From contig JBAYGN010000001.1 of the NCBI GenBank assembly GCA_041666645.1, forward strand, positions 110,276-174,275: a DNA stretch of 64,000 bases, in the 5' to 3' direction. Every line of letters starts with the position of its first letter. Positions within the stretch are counted from its first letter, which is position 1. Below are positions 17,988 to 29,100 of this stretch, one piece after another. The translations under genes were made by a program, and so were the position numbers. Source of the stretch: Minisyncoccota bacterium. GTDB lineage: Bacteria; Patescibacteriota; Minisyncoccia; Phycocordibacterales; UBA5272. The notes beneath the pieces were generated by a model. That model was not told the DNA's origin, did no database searches, and saw only the letters and a list, made by a program, of their open reading frames with translations.

Positions 17988-18091
17988 AAAAATAAATATG
18001 CAGTCGTAGCTCAGCTCAAGTTAGAATATAGCGAGCCTGCCAAAATGCAGTGCTAAATTCTAAAGATAAGAGAAACGTTTGTAAGTGTTAA
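17988..18091 (+). pseudogene. Truncated duplicate of the tRNA-Asp 5' end plus its upstream flank
   Basis: A 29-nt exact direct repeat AAAAATAAATATGCAGTCGTAGCTCAGCT occurs at 17988-18016 and 18092-18120. The sequence after the first copy does not fold into a cloverleaf. Confidence 0.55.
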
Positions 18092-18103
18092 AAAAATAAA
18101 TAT

Positions 18104-18177
18104 GCAGTCGTAGCTCAGCTGGTTAGAGCACTGCCCTGTCACGGCAGGGGTCGTGGGTTCAAATCCCATCGACTGCG
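18104..18177 (+). tRNA. tRNA-Asp (GUC)
   Basis: Manual cloverleaf: acceptor GCAGTCG/CGACTGC, D arm GCTC/GAGC, anticodon arm CTGCC-CTGTCAC-GGCAG, T arm GTGGG-TTCAAAT-CCCAT. CCA is not encoded. Confidence 0.9.
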
Positions 18178-18178
18178 C

Positions 18179-18225
18179 AAAACTAAAAATACCCTCAACT
18201 TTCTAGTTGAGGGTATTTTTAGTTT
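18179..18225 (+). terminator. Long hairpin terminator immediately 3' of tRNA-Asp
   Basis: AAACTAAAAATACCCTCAAC tttc TAGTTGAGGGTATTTTTAGTTT. Confidence 0.7.
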
Positions 18226-18240
18226 CTGCATCAGAGAGAA

Positions 18241-18335
18241 GAAAGTGACCTGCGTCACTTTCATTGGGATTTGAATACGAGGCTACAAAACTTTATCGAC
18301 GAGCTTGCGAGGAGAAGTTTTGTAGCCAAATCCCA
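18241..18335 (+). repeat. tRNA-linked structured module, copy A (most divergent copy)
   Basis: Hairpin GAAAGTGAC-CTGC-GTCACTTTC. Then TGGGATTTGAATAC, then a long hairpin GGCTACAAAACTT...AAGTTTTGTAGCC, then CAAATCCCA. That last segment repeats the T-loop/T-stem 3' part of tRNA-Asp (18160-18168). Confidence 0.7.
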
Positions 18336-18393
18336 GTGCTTCAATGTTCATGGTACACTATAAAAATTATTTTCAATTTTATATTTAACCCGC

Positions 18394-19626
18394 ATGGCTT
18401 CATCATTTTCCGTAAAAAATTATTTTAAAAAAATATACACCCCTGAACTAATTACAAAACTATACTCAAGTCATTCGATTGTAGCCATCTTTGAAATTAC
18501 AGATAATACTCCGAGAAAAACTGCTGTCGATATAATGATGGATTTTTATAAATCACTTTCTCCTTCAGAAAAAATTGATATAGAAAAAGAGCTAGCTATT
18601 ATAAGTACCTTATCTACAAAATATGCTGTTAGTTTATTTAAATCACTTTTAAAGGAAAAGAAATTAGCTTACGAAGAAACACAGATAGAGTGCGTTTCTG
18701 ACCATGACAAAGTTCTTTATTACTATCTTTTCAATAAAGATGTTTTTGATGAAGTAATGTTTTTCCATGATTTCTATGTGGCGAGAGGTTACATGCTCTA
18801 TGAGGCCAAAGAAGTGGCATTAGACGTTGCTGAGATGAATACTGGGGAGTTAACACGAGAATTCATTCGCATCGCAAACAAAGACGATAGAGCCACTGAG
18901 TGTGATGTTGAAGTAAAGAGTTTAGATGGCTTACTTTATATCAGTGCGACTTTTGAAGGATCTCCTCAAATAACCCCTACACGCAATAAAGAAACTGGAG
19001 AGATAGACAGAACCCGTACGCAACGTAAGTTAGAACAAGTACGCATTGTATATTTACCATCTGATAAAGAAGTTCTTATTTCTTATACTGGAAACAAACA
19101 GGAAAAAATTATTTTCCTTGATACATTCCTAAGAGTTATCTGCGCTTCTGGATATGAAGATAAAGTAGAATCATTTGATTTATCGCTCTGCAAATCCCCT
19201 ACTTTTGATTTCTCTCAAACAAATAAAGGTCTTCCGCTTCTCACTTGGAAAATTAAAAATGTCGCTCTTTCTTTTGGTGGAGATGAAGGGACGAAAAAGA
19301 AAATAAGATTATCATTGCCAAGTTCGGTCCAAGAAAATGGTCTTTCTCCATTTTTTACAACTCTTGATGAATTAGGGTTAGATGCTCAATTAAAAAACTT
19401 TACCATAGAAAACGTTTCACTCAGTTTTTCATTCACTGACAAAGAAAAAGCAGATAAAAATGTCAATGTTTCTTGTTCTGTGTCTCTTGTTAAATCTTCA
19501 TTGTCACCCCTATTTCCTTACGAAAGATATGCGAGGACTTTACTAAAACAGTCCGGTATTGATAAAGGGTTTATTGAACAAGTAAAGAAAGAAAAAGATG
19601 AGAGAGTTAAGAAGTGGGAGGTGTAA
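18394..19626 (+). CDS. Hypothetical protein
   Basis: 410-aa ORF followed by a strong terminator. No motif recognised. Confidence 0.6.
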   Translation: MASSFSVKNYFKKIYTPELITKLYSSHSIVAIFEITDNTPRKTAVDIMMDFYKSLSPSEKIDIEKELAIISTLSTKYAVSLFKSLLKEKKLAYEETQIECVSDHDKVLYYYLFNKDVFDEVMFFHDFYVARGYMLYEAKEVALDVAEMNTGELTREFIRIANKDDRATECDVEVKSLDGLLYISATFEGSPQITPTRNKETGEIDRTRTQRKLEQVRIVYLPSDKEVLISYTGNKQEKIIFLDTFLRVICASGYEDKVESFDLSLCKSPTFDFSQTNKGLPLLTWKIKNVALSFGGDEGTKKKIRLSLPSSVQENGLSPFFTTLDELGLDAQLKNFTIENVSLSFSFTDKEKADKNVNVSCSVSLVKSSLSPLFPYERYARTLLKQSGIDKGFIEQVKKEKDERVKKWEV

Positions 19627-19684
19627 AATATATTGGTTATTTTTATAGTATAAGAGTTAGTTAATTACAGATCGATTTAATATA

Positions 19685-19719
19685 AAAAAACCTCTAGGCT
19701 AGATGCCTAGAGGTTTTTT
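19685..19719. terminator. Bidirectional terminator between convergent genes
   Basis: AAAAAACCTCTAGGC tagat GCCTAGAGGTTTTTT. Confidence 0.75.
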
Positions 19720-19975
19720 AAATACCGTAAGGTTTACTCATGAGTTTTTGAAACTCTTCTTCACCAAAACTAGGAACATTTGGGGCATTTAAATATTTTG
19801 TGCCACATTTATTACATTCTGGTATTGTATATATATACCCATACGGACCATAGCCAGATACAGTCTTGCTAACTGCTCCACTGCAACCTTCTGTTTTGCA
19901 AGAATTATCTGGATTTGGTGTATTTCTTTCAACAAATGAACTAAATACGTTAATGTTTTTTGCAGAATTGCACAT
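19718..19975 (-). CDS. Hypothetical small Cys-rich protein
   Basis: 85-aa ORF with 6 Cys, including CNKC. No family recognised. Confidence 0.4.
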   Translation of the reverse strand: MCNSAKNINVFSSFVERNTPNPDNSCKTEGCSGAVSKTVSGYGPYGYIYTIPECNKCGTKYLNAPNVPSFGEEEFQKLMSKPYGI

Positions 19976-20129
19976 ATCTGATTCTCCTAAAAATGAACTA
20001 CGAACAAAAAGAAGGTGAATTTTTAATTAAAAAATCTGTCTTTCCCATTCTGAAGCAAAACATCTTACTTTATTCACAGACACAGAAACACAAAAAGATA
20101 CACCTAAGATATAGTTTTTTGTATTTCTG

Positions 20130-20203
20130 TGTCGGCGGGTGGGAACGATCCACCGACCTTGGGCTTATGAGTCCCACGCTCTAACCAACTGAGCTACGCC
20201 GAC
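20130..20203 (-). tRNA. tRNA with CAU anticodon (elongator Met or lysidine-dependent Ile2), non-canonical T-loop
   Basis: Acceptor GTCGGCG/CGCCGAC with G1-C72 paired, so not an initiator. Anticodon loop CTCATAA. T arm GGTGG-ATCGTTC-CCACC has A54 and U58 in place of U54 and A58. Confidence 0.8.
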
Positions 20204-20308
20204 ATATATTTATCAATGTATACTACTACAAAAATAATATATTTTCAACGTCTAATTAGTTAAGAGTATTGTGTAAATTGAATAATTGTGGTAGAATATT
20301 ACTTATAT

Positions 20309-20379
20309 AGCGGGGTAGAGTAGAGGTAACTCACGAGGCTCATAACCTCGGGACACAGGTTCGATTCCTGTCCCCGCAA
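20309..20379 (+). tRNA. Initiator-type tRNA-fMet (CAU)
   Basis: 3' strand CCCCGCA plus A73, as in bacterial initiators, with a 1:72 A-A mismatch. Anticodon arm CGAGG-CTCATAA-CCTCG. T arm ACAGG-TTCGATT-CCTGT. CCA is not encoded. Confidence 0.8.
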
Positions 20380-20441
20380 CAAGAATAATAAAAATAGATA
20401 CTGTAATCGGTGTCTATTTTTATTATTCTTGTTGCGATAGT

Positions 20442-20557
20442 AATACATGACCTGCGTCATGTATTCTAGGAATCGAATACGGGGTCGCGAATCTGCTTCG
20501 AGCGAAGCGAGGCAGATTTGTGACCGATTCCTGTCCCCGCAACAAGAATAATAAAAA
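20442..20557 (+). repeat. tRNA-linked structured module, copy B, ending in a 33-nt exact repeat of the tRNA-fMet 3' end
   Basis: Hairpin AATACATGAC-CTGC-GTCATGTATT. Then AGGAATCGAATAC, then a 14-bp hairpin GGTCGCGAATCTGC...GCAGATTTGTGACC with two G-T wobbles. The direct repeat CGATTCCTGTCCCCGCAACAAGAATAATAAAAA occurs at 20362-20394 and 20525-20557. Confidence 0.85.
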
Positions 20558-20667
20558 GGGCGATGCTTACAGCATCGCCCTTTTTATTATTCATTATTCT
20601 TAAAACTTTTATATATGCCACCATTTACTAATTTGCTTTAGATATGACGCGGTAGATGAAGCAAATT

Positions 20668-22053
20668 TTAGTGAATAGCTTTCAGTTCACGAAATACAGA
20701 TTCAAATAAGTTAAACGCTCTTTTCGCTTCGCGTTCAGTCAGAACAAAATCAGAACCTTCATGTGCAATTCTATTTCGTAAATTATGAGCATCCCACGCC
20801 ATTTGAATGGTTTTGAAACTGGCAGTTTTTAACATTTCTCCAACCCCTTCTCCTTTGTATCCTTTTTCACGCAAAACTTCCTGCAACATATTATCTGCTT
20901 CCATAATTCCAATCCTCCAGAGAGCCTCACTATTACTACTCATATATCCTTGTATGATTGCAAAACGTGGATGTTCCTTAAAATCGTTCACCGTTGGTGG
21001 TACTGAAGGTGCATTTTCATAAACAGGTAAGTTAGCAATCCCCGCTGGCATTAACTCAGTTTCAATTTCTTCTACATGTTTTATCGTATGATACCCATGA
21101 CCATCTCCTTTGTGTTCAAAATGGTGTTCGTAATGATTAAGTGATTTCAAAAAAGCAATAAACCATCTCATTGAAGCATAAACAATTACAAGAAGTACCC
21201 CTATTGCGATTATTGAAACAAGGTCAGAAATAAATCCAAGAACTGGATTTTGTATTGAAAGATGTAAACCCTCTGCATGTTTAGAAAGATCAAAAGCTGG
21301 TGTTTGACTTAAATTGTTAGGGTCAAGAGGATACGTGTCCATTCCGTCAGGAATACCATCACCGTCAGAGTCTTTATTGTGTGTATCAGTGCCTAGTACT
21401 TTTTCCGTTTTATCGCTCACGCCATCACCGTCAGAGTCGGTACCTATTGATGATACACCACTATCAAGTGTGGCTTCATCCCTACCGTCAATAATGCCGT
21501 CACGGTCAGTGTCATTATTAAGTGGATCAATACCGTGTGCAAGCTCTTGCCCATCTGAGATACCATCCCTATCGGAGTCTGGGTTATTTGGATCCATGCC
21601 GTGAGAAATCTCATAACTATCTGGTACACCGTCACCATCAGAATCTTTTGGTCCAATGCCAAAAATATCACGCGCGTGATCAGAAAATGTATAGTCTTGT
21701 TGGTAGCGTTCTTTTAACTGTGCAGCTGTTAGGTTTTGCGGATCGTATGGACTTGAGTCAAAAGCATCTGCTATGCCGTCACCATCAGAATCAGGCAATT
21801 TATATCCCAACTTTTCTAACATTTTTTGCCATAATGAAATATGCACATCCGATGGTGGTACATCAGAATTTTTGTTTGCAAAATAACTATCAAACCAACC
21901 ACGGTCACGAAGCCCATCCCAAGAAACATTTTTACGTGCCTCCAGATACACTTCTGGGTCGTTACGAAATATATCAAAAAGCCACACATACTTTACCCAA
22001 AGTAGTGCATCATAGACCCTATTAAATAAATAATCTAAAGAAAGAGAATACAT
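20668..22053 (-). CDS. Membrane protein with thrombospondin-type-3-like Ca-binding repeats and a C-terminal HEPN-like (RNxxAH) region
   Basis: 461 aa. Repeats [46 protein letters not shown] segment [22 protein letters not shown]-terminus [11 protein letters not shown]. Confidence 0.7.
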   Translation of the reverse strand: MYSLSLDYLFNRVYDALLWVKYVWLFDIFRNDPEVYLEARKNVSWDGLRDRGWFDSYFANKNSDVPPSDVHISLWQKMLEKLGYKLPDSDGDGIADAFDSSPYDPQNLTAAQLKERYQQDYTFSDHARDIFGIGPKDSDGDGVPDSYEISHGMDPNNPDSDRDGISDGQELAHGIDPLNNDTDRDGIIDGRDEATLDSGVSSIGTDSDGDGVSDKTEKVLGTDTHNKDSDGDGIPDGMDTYPLDPNNLSQTPAFDLSKHAEGLHLSIQNPVLGFISDLVSIIAIGVLLVIVYASMRWFIAFLKSLNHYEHHFEHKGDGHGYHTIKHVEEIETELMPAGIANLPVYENAPSVPPTVNDFKEHPRFAIIQGYMSSNSEALWRIGIMEADNMLQEVLREKGYKGEGVGEMLKTASFKTIQMAWDAHNLRNRIAHEGSDFVLTEREAKRAFNLFESVFRELKAIH

Positions 22054-22142
22054 TTAGGCAATTACTAGGTTGTGGTTACTATTTAATAGTAACACAAAGA
22101 CACTTTGTATTTTTGTGTATATTAGAAACTATTGATTATAAG

Positions 22143-23561
22143 CTAAGAACCAGAAACTATTTCAAAATCACGACCAATGGTAAATAAAGCATCTTCACGC
22201 ATATGCGGTGCAATAAATTGTATTCCAAGGGGTAAACCTTCTTTAGTTTTTCCAGATGGTATAGAAATAGCTGGTACACCCACAATGTTTACTGGTACGG
22301 TAAATATATCAGCTAGGTACATCGAAAGTGGGTCATGAGACTTTTCACCAATCTTAAAAGCTGGTATTGGAGATATTGGGGTAGCAATTACATCCACATC
22401 AAGGAACACTCTAGCAAACTCTTTCTTCAACATATCACGCACCAAATTTGCCTTATTATAATAAGCGTCATAATAACCAGATGAAAGCACGTAAGTCCCT
22501 AGAAGTATGCGACGACGCACTTCGGGTCCAAAACCTGCTGTACGACTTTCAAAATAGCTTCTGATACTTGTCTCTCCTGGATGAGATAGTCCATATCTAA
22601 TACCATCATATCTAGCCAAATTACTAGAAACTTCTGCGAACATCAAAATGTAATAAACTGATAGCGCTTTTTCGAGATGTGAAATAGAAATATCCTTAAT
22701 TGCATATCCAGATGTTTCTAATTTTTTAATTGATTCATTGAAATTAGCCAACACCTCAGAATCAATACCTTCACGAGAAATAAAAGACACCGGTACGCCA
22801 ATAATCTTTTTCATGCTTTCAACTTTTATATTTCGTTTATCGTTTGGTATTGAAGTACTATCTTTCTCATCGTACTGACTTATAACTTTAAAAACTTCTT
22901 CCACGTCTTCTACACTATTACCAAATGGACCTATCTGATCAAGCGAAGAACCCATAGCCATAAGACCAAAACGGGAAACGCTACCATACGTAGTTTTTAA
23001 TCCAACTATTCCACAAAAACTAGCTGGCTGGCGAATAGAGCCTCCAGTATCAGAACCGAGAGAAACTGGCACACCACCGTAAGCAACAACTGCAGCCGAA
23101 CCACCTGACGAACCACCAGCAACACGAGATGTATCGTTAGGGTTCTTTGTTACGCCGTATGCGGAATTTTCAGTACTACCTCCCATGGCAAATTCGTCCA
23201 TATTTGAACGACCGATTAGTATGGCACCGGCTTCTTTTAATTTTCTAACGACTGTCGCATCGTAAGTTCCAACATAATTTTCTAATATCTTTGAGCCACC
23301 AGATGAATTTTCCCCTTTGACTAAAATATTATCTTTAAGAACTATTGGGATTCCTGTAAGGACAGTGGCTGTTTTATTTGCAAACATTTCTTTTGCTCTA
23401 CTAATCTGTGATAACACAAAAGAACCGGAATACATGCCCAGAATAGCGTGAATATCTCCGTCTTTTTCGTTAATCTTTTTTTTACTAGCTTCAACAAGAG
23501 ATTCAACTGTCGTTGTTCCATTTTTTAGCTCTTCATGTAATTGTTTCAGTGTTTTATTCAT
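22143..23561 (-). CDS. gatA: Glutamyl/aspartyl-tRNA amidotransferase subunit A
   Basis: 472 aa with the amidase signature GGSSGGSAAVVA...GSDTGGSIRQPA. Confidence 0.95.
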   Translation of the reverse strand: MNKTLKQLHEELKNGTTTVESLVEASKKKINEKDGDIHAILGMYSGSFVLSQISRAKEMFANKTATVLTGIPIVLKDNILVKGENSSGGSKILENYVGTYDATVVRKLKEAGAILIGRSNMDEFAMGGSTENSAYGVTKNPNDTSRVAGGSSGGSAAVVAYGGVPVSLGSDTGGSIRQPASFCGIVGLKTTYGSVSRFGLMAMGSSLDQIGPFGNSVEDVEEVFKVISQYDEKDSTSIPNDKRNIKVESMKKIIGVPVSFISREGIDSEVLANFNESIKKLETSGYAIKDISISHLEKALSVYYILMFAEVSSNLARYDGIRYGLSHPGETSIRSYFESRTAGFGPEVRRRILLGTYVLSSGYYDAYYNKANLVRDMLKKEFARVFLDVDVIATPISPIPAFKIGEKSHDPLSMYLADIFTVPVNIVGVPAISIPSGKTKEGLPLGIQFIAPHMREDALFTIGRDFEIVSGS

Positions 23562-23595
23562 GTATTTGTGTTTGCTAAAATCTAAGTGGTGATAA

Positions 23596-23880
23596 CTATT
23601 TAAGTACCTGTTCTACTTTTACATATCCATCAACCACAGCTGGCGACTCACTCAAGAGAGTTTCTGTATTAGATCCAGTTTCGTTTGTGACAGCATCATT
23701 TCTAACTACATTAAAAATGTCCCCCTCTCCGCGAACAAGCTCTCCTTGTACTTCGTTTATTTCGGAAACATAACCAATAATAGCCTGCATATCTGCAAGC
23801 ATTTTCTGTTTTTCCTCTGGAGCAATATTAATACGCGCAAGGGCTGATAGGTTATCTAAATCAAGTTCTGTAAATGACAT
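23596..23880 (-). CDS. gatC: Glutamyl/aspartyl-tRNA amidotransferase subunit C
   Basis: 94 aa, directly upstream of gatA. LARINIAPEEKQ is typical of GatC. A TAGAAT box lies 6 nt upstream of the ATG (23887-23892). Confidence 0.85.
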   Translation of the reverse strand: MSFTELDLDNLSALARINIAPEEKQKMLADMQAIIGYVSEINEVQGELVRGEGDIFNVVRNDAVTNETGSNTETLLSESPAVVDGYVKVEQVLK

Positions 23881-23924
23881 AATGATATTCTAGCACAAAT
23901 AAACTATAGTATAAAAACAAAAAA

Positions 23925-23961
23925 CCCTCTGCATTATTTATTTCTAAAAAATGCAGAAGGG
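23925..23961 (-). terminator. Intrinsic terminator upstream of gatC
   Basis: On the minus strand: CCCTTCTGCAT...ATGCAGAGGG followed by TTTTTTGTTTTT. Confidence 0.65.
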
Positions 23962-24030
23962 TCAATAATTTCTAGGTTAAACAACGCAATAACCAATAAC
24001 CATAAACAAAACTATTTTGTGTGTTTTAAA

Positions 24031-24348
24031 TCAACTTACTCCCAAACAAAACCCTAACCCATTCCAGAATACGCTAACATTCTGGACCACACCACCACCA
24101 GATTGGATAACAAATGTTTTTAAAAGCCCCCTCTTTTTCAAAGAGTGTCCGTCGCAATTGTTCTGCCTCAGAAGCCAATCATACAGCTTTGATAATTCTC
24201 CTGGGGGAGATTCTACTACGTTTATGAAAGAAGAAATAAAATATTCTCCCAAGTGGGATATTTTTACATGTAAATCTTTACCCTTCATAGCGACAACAAA
24301 ATGATCACGCGCAACAAATGAATTATTGGTTTCAGTCATGATAAACAC
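24031..24348 (-). CDS. Hypothetical protein
   Basis: 105-aa ORF. I chose the minus strand over the overlapping plus ORF because a minus-strand terminator follows it. No motif recognised. Confidence 0.4.
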   Translation of the reverse strand: MFIMTETNNSFVARDHFVVAMKGKDLHVKISHLGEYFISSFINVVESPPGELSKLYDWLLRQNNCDGHSLKKRGLLKTFVIQSGGGVVQNVSVFWNGLGFCLGVS

Positions 24349-24405
24349 CTTATATATTTAAAAACAAAAAGGACAGTTTTTTAACACATCCATATCTATA
24401 TTCGG

Positions 24406-26448
<2,043 letters not shown>

Positions 26449-26453
26449 TTAAA

Positions 26454-27086
26454 CTAACGTACTTCGGTCGTACTCACAACAGCCCTCTCTATTGAACGTG
26501 CAGCACTATCTCCGCATGATGAAAAACCTCTTGATATAATCTGGCGATATGTTGATGTTTTATAAACCAACACATTTGCACATCTAAATGATCCACCCCC
26601 TAAATCCATGCGCATTGAAAATGTAGATTTTTGACCATTTTCAGTGACTCCAGATGAGTTAACCCGTGAGAACGGGGAAGTTGTAAATGAAGAAACTAGG
26701 GGGTTTAGGACGGCTACCGTTGCGCACTTAATATCATTTAATGTGATAGTTGAAAAACCTCGAGATTGTCGAATTTGATTAACTTGATCAAGTGTGGCCT
26801 GCATATCAGCTGTTGTGTTTGTGCTTAGTCCGTTATACGGAAATATTCCCAAGCCTGTAGTGGGGTCTAGATATTTATCATCTACAACAATTGCACACAT
26901 TAACGCCTCATCTGCAGAATAGTATGCGAGCTGACTCTCACGAGAAACTTTTGAAAAATAAAGTTCTTTAGATAAGATGACTGATATCCCTGTTGAAATC
27001 ATGAGAATGATTAAACATACCAGAAGCGTAAGCGGTAAAATAAAACCTTGTATATTTTTTATTTGTTTTTGAGTTATTAATTTCAT
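26454..27086 (-). CDS. Pilus-associated protein with an N-terminal TM helix (PilX-like position)
   Basis: 210 aa. Hydrophobic N-terminus GFILPLTLLVCLIILMISTG. Last gene of the pilin cluster. Confidence 0.5.
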   Translation of the reverse strand: MKLITQKQIKNIQGFILPLTLLVCLIILMISTGISVILSKELYFSKVSRESQLAYYSADEALMCAIVVDDKYLDPTTGLGIFPYNGLSTNTTADMQATLDQVNQIRQSRGFSTITLNDIKCATVAVLNPLVSSFTTSPFSRVNSSGVTENGQKSTFSMRMDLGGGSFRCANVLVYKTSTYRQIISRGFSSCGDSAARSIERAVVSTTEVR

Positions 27087-27089
27087 ATA

Positions 27090-27770
27090 TTAGGCGCGAG
27101 CATGCATAAAATCTATTACTTTAATTTGACGAATATATCCTGTTGCTCGTTTAAAAGTTACAGTGACAGTAACACGTAAGTCATCATTATAATTCTCGTC
27201 AGCACCTGTTAATGTTGGAATTGAGGTTATAAAAACTGACCTAGAGAAAGGTGTAATAGTATAATCACTTTGCGCATGAGCTCCGGTACACACATAAAAG
27301 TGTCCTGGGCTTAGCGAAAGAGTGTTACACATATTGCTAGAGATGTCATATTTTGATGGATTAAAATCTTCATCTTTTGTCATGTCAATAAAATCATAAG
27401 CACACCCTGTAGTATTGTTTGTTCCGTAGCAAGTTGCACCTTGTACGTTATTTGAAAGACGCTCACGAAAAATTCTCCAAGCAGCCTCACTTTGAGTTTC
27501 ATTATCTTGTGGGATGCACGTCAAGTTTGATTGCCCAATACAACGAAGATATAAAGAATCTTGCTGATGATGAAGAAGCTCTACAGCTTCTTGTGCCAAA
27601 TAAAGAGCTATCATTGAATCTTTAGTTTGACGCGCATAAGCTGAAGCGTTACTAGCAACCATAAGTGGACCCAAAATGACTGTTGTAATTATGATGATTG
27701 ATACCAATGTTTCAATAAGAGTAAATGCTCTTATTGGTCCTTTTATTTTTTTGTTAAATAGAGATATCAT
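27090..27770 (-). CDS. Prepilin-type minor pilin
   Basis: 226 aa with the N-terminal motif RAFTLIETLVSIIIITTVILG. Confidence 0.7.
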   Translation of the reverse strand: MISLFNKKIKGPIRAFTLIETLVSIIIITTVILGPLMVASNASAYARQTKDSMIALYLAQEAVELLHHQQDSLYLRCIGQSNLTCIPQDNETQSEAAWRIFRERLSNNVQGATCYGTNNTTGCAYDFIDMTKDEDFNPSKYDISSNMCNTLSLSPGHFYVCTGAHAQSDYTITPFSRSVFITSIPTLTGADENYNDDLRVTVTVTFKRATGYIRQIKVIDFMHARA

Positions 27771-27775
27771 ATAAG

Positions 27776-28426
27776 TTAATTATCAAGACCACGAGCAGAC
27801 ACACTTGTCTGTACACTAAATGGCACAGAATTTATTTCTGCGTTATAAGATAAAGTTGTTCCTGAAACAATCATGGTAATAATCGGTTGGTTTAAATCTG
27901 GTGTACTTGCCTGGGAACTTTCTGCGCCTATTACAAAAAATGTAAGAGCTTTAATAAGCACATCTGATGAAGTTATTTGATATGTTTTTTTATTATTAAC
28001 ATTTCCTTCTACGTATTCATCTTTATAAATAATTCCATTTGAAAGGTAATAAGCCGTTCTGTCTAATGATGCATTGGTTGTAGAAGGAAAACCCACTACT
28101 GGTTTAAATATAAGAACACTTCCCCCAGAACTTGTTGAATAAGGACAACTCTTGCGAGAAATTAAAAGCGATCCCGGTATAGATACATCACAATAAAATG
28201 ATGACCCATACCACATATCGCGCGCCATAACTTCAACAGCTAGATTTACACCATCTAAAATAACCTGGGATTGTTCAAGTCTCACGTTTATTGCTTGAGC
28301 GGAAAAAAGTGACCCTGTCGCTATGGTTATAACGGTTGTGAATAACGCTAGACTTACTAAAAGCTCAACCAGAGTAAACCCTCTAGTATGCCCATTATAA
28401 TTTGTAAAATTAAAATATTTCATCAT
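27776..28426 (-). CDS. Prepilin-type minor pilin
   Basis: 216 aa with the motif RGFTLVELLVSLALFTTVI. Confidence 0.75.
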   Translation of the reverse strand: MMKYFNFTNYNGHTRGFTLVELLVSLALFTTVITIATGSLFSAQAINVRLEQSQVILDGVNLAVEVMARDMWYGSSFYCDVSIPGSLLISRKSCPYSTSSGGSVLIFKPVVGFPSTTNASLDRTAYYLSNGIIYKDEYVEGNVNNKKTYQITSSDVLIKALTFFVIGAESSQASTPDLNQPIITMIVSGTTLSYNAEINSVPFSVQTSVSARGLDN

Positions 28427-29085
28427 GGATTATTATCACACGCTGTAGTAAGTGTACGTATCATACCGGAATTAAAAAACTGCACTGACCTAACATGACC
28501 CCCTAATGGAGCAAGTGGTGAATGAAGCTCTACACAACCTGTAGAATAATTTGTTGCTTTTGAATCATTAACGTAAATATTCGGTTGAGGATTCGGTCTA
28601 GTAAAAGAAACTGTTAAAGTTGTAATTGGCGGAGTATTATCAGTATTACAAATAAACGGAAATCCACTTCCTACACATAATTTGGTAACATTATAACCTT
28701 TTGGAAAAAAAGTAACTGTTTTGGTTTCATCGACTGGATTTTCGTTTTGGAATAACCCGTCTCCCACTAAAATTTGGTAAGTTGATAAAGTTCCATCAAC
28801 AACATCTCCAAATAATATTAATTTATTTGGATTCGCAAGTGCCATATATACCCCATACCCACCAATAGAACTATTAAATGAGTCTACCGCGCTTCCTCTT
28901 ACTTGAGCCTCGCGAATAAGTAGAGCTGTTGTATGCGTCATATTTGCAAGAGTAAGACGCTTTACAGTTTCTGGGTATCTCATAAATAAGACGCCAGTCA
29001 TTATAAGCATAATACTCAAACTTACCAAAAGCTCAAGAAGAGTAAAACCCTTCAAATGAAAATTATTAACCGAAGATACTTTCAT
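28423..29085 (-). CDS. Prepilin-type minor pilin
   Basis: 220 aa with the motif KGFTLLELLVSLSIMLIMTGV. It has a 4-nt overlap with the next gene. Confidence 0.75.
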   Translation of the reverse strand: MKVSSVNNFHLKGFTLLELLVSLSIMLIMTGVLFMRYPETVKRLTLANMTHTTALLIREAQVRGSAVDSFNSSIGGYGVYMALANPNKLILFGDVVDGTLSTYQILVGDGLFQNENPVDETKTVTFFPKGYNVTKLCVGSGFPFICNTDNTPPITTLTVSFTRPNPQPNIYVNDSKATNYSTGCVELHSPLAPLGGHVRSVQFFNSGMIRTLTTACDNNP

Positions 29086-29100
29086 ATAACCATAGTACCA

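Noticed and set aside
18000-18091. First tRNA-Asp-like copy as a functional tRNA
   Set aside because: Only the first 17 nt match the tRNA. No D, anticodon or T arms, and no acceptor 3' strand, can be drawn.
24017-24304. Plus-strand 95-aa ORF overlapping the minus-strand 105-aa ORF
   Set aside because: The Pro/Thr/Phe-rich translation looks non-protein-like, and a minus-strand terminator (23925-23961) supports transcription in the other direction. Even the minus ORF is kept only at low confidence.
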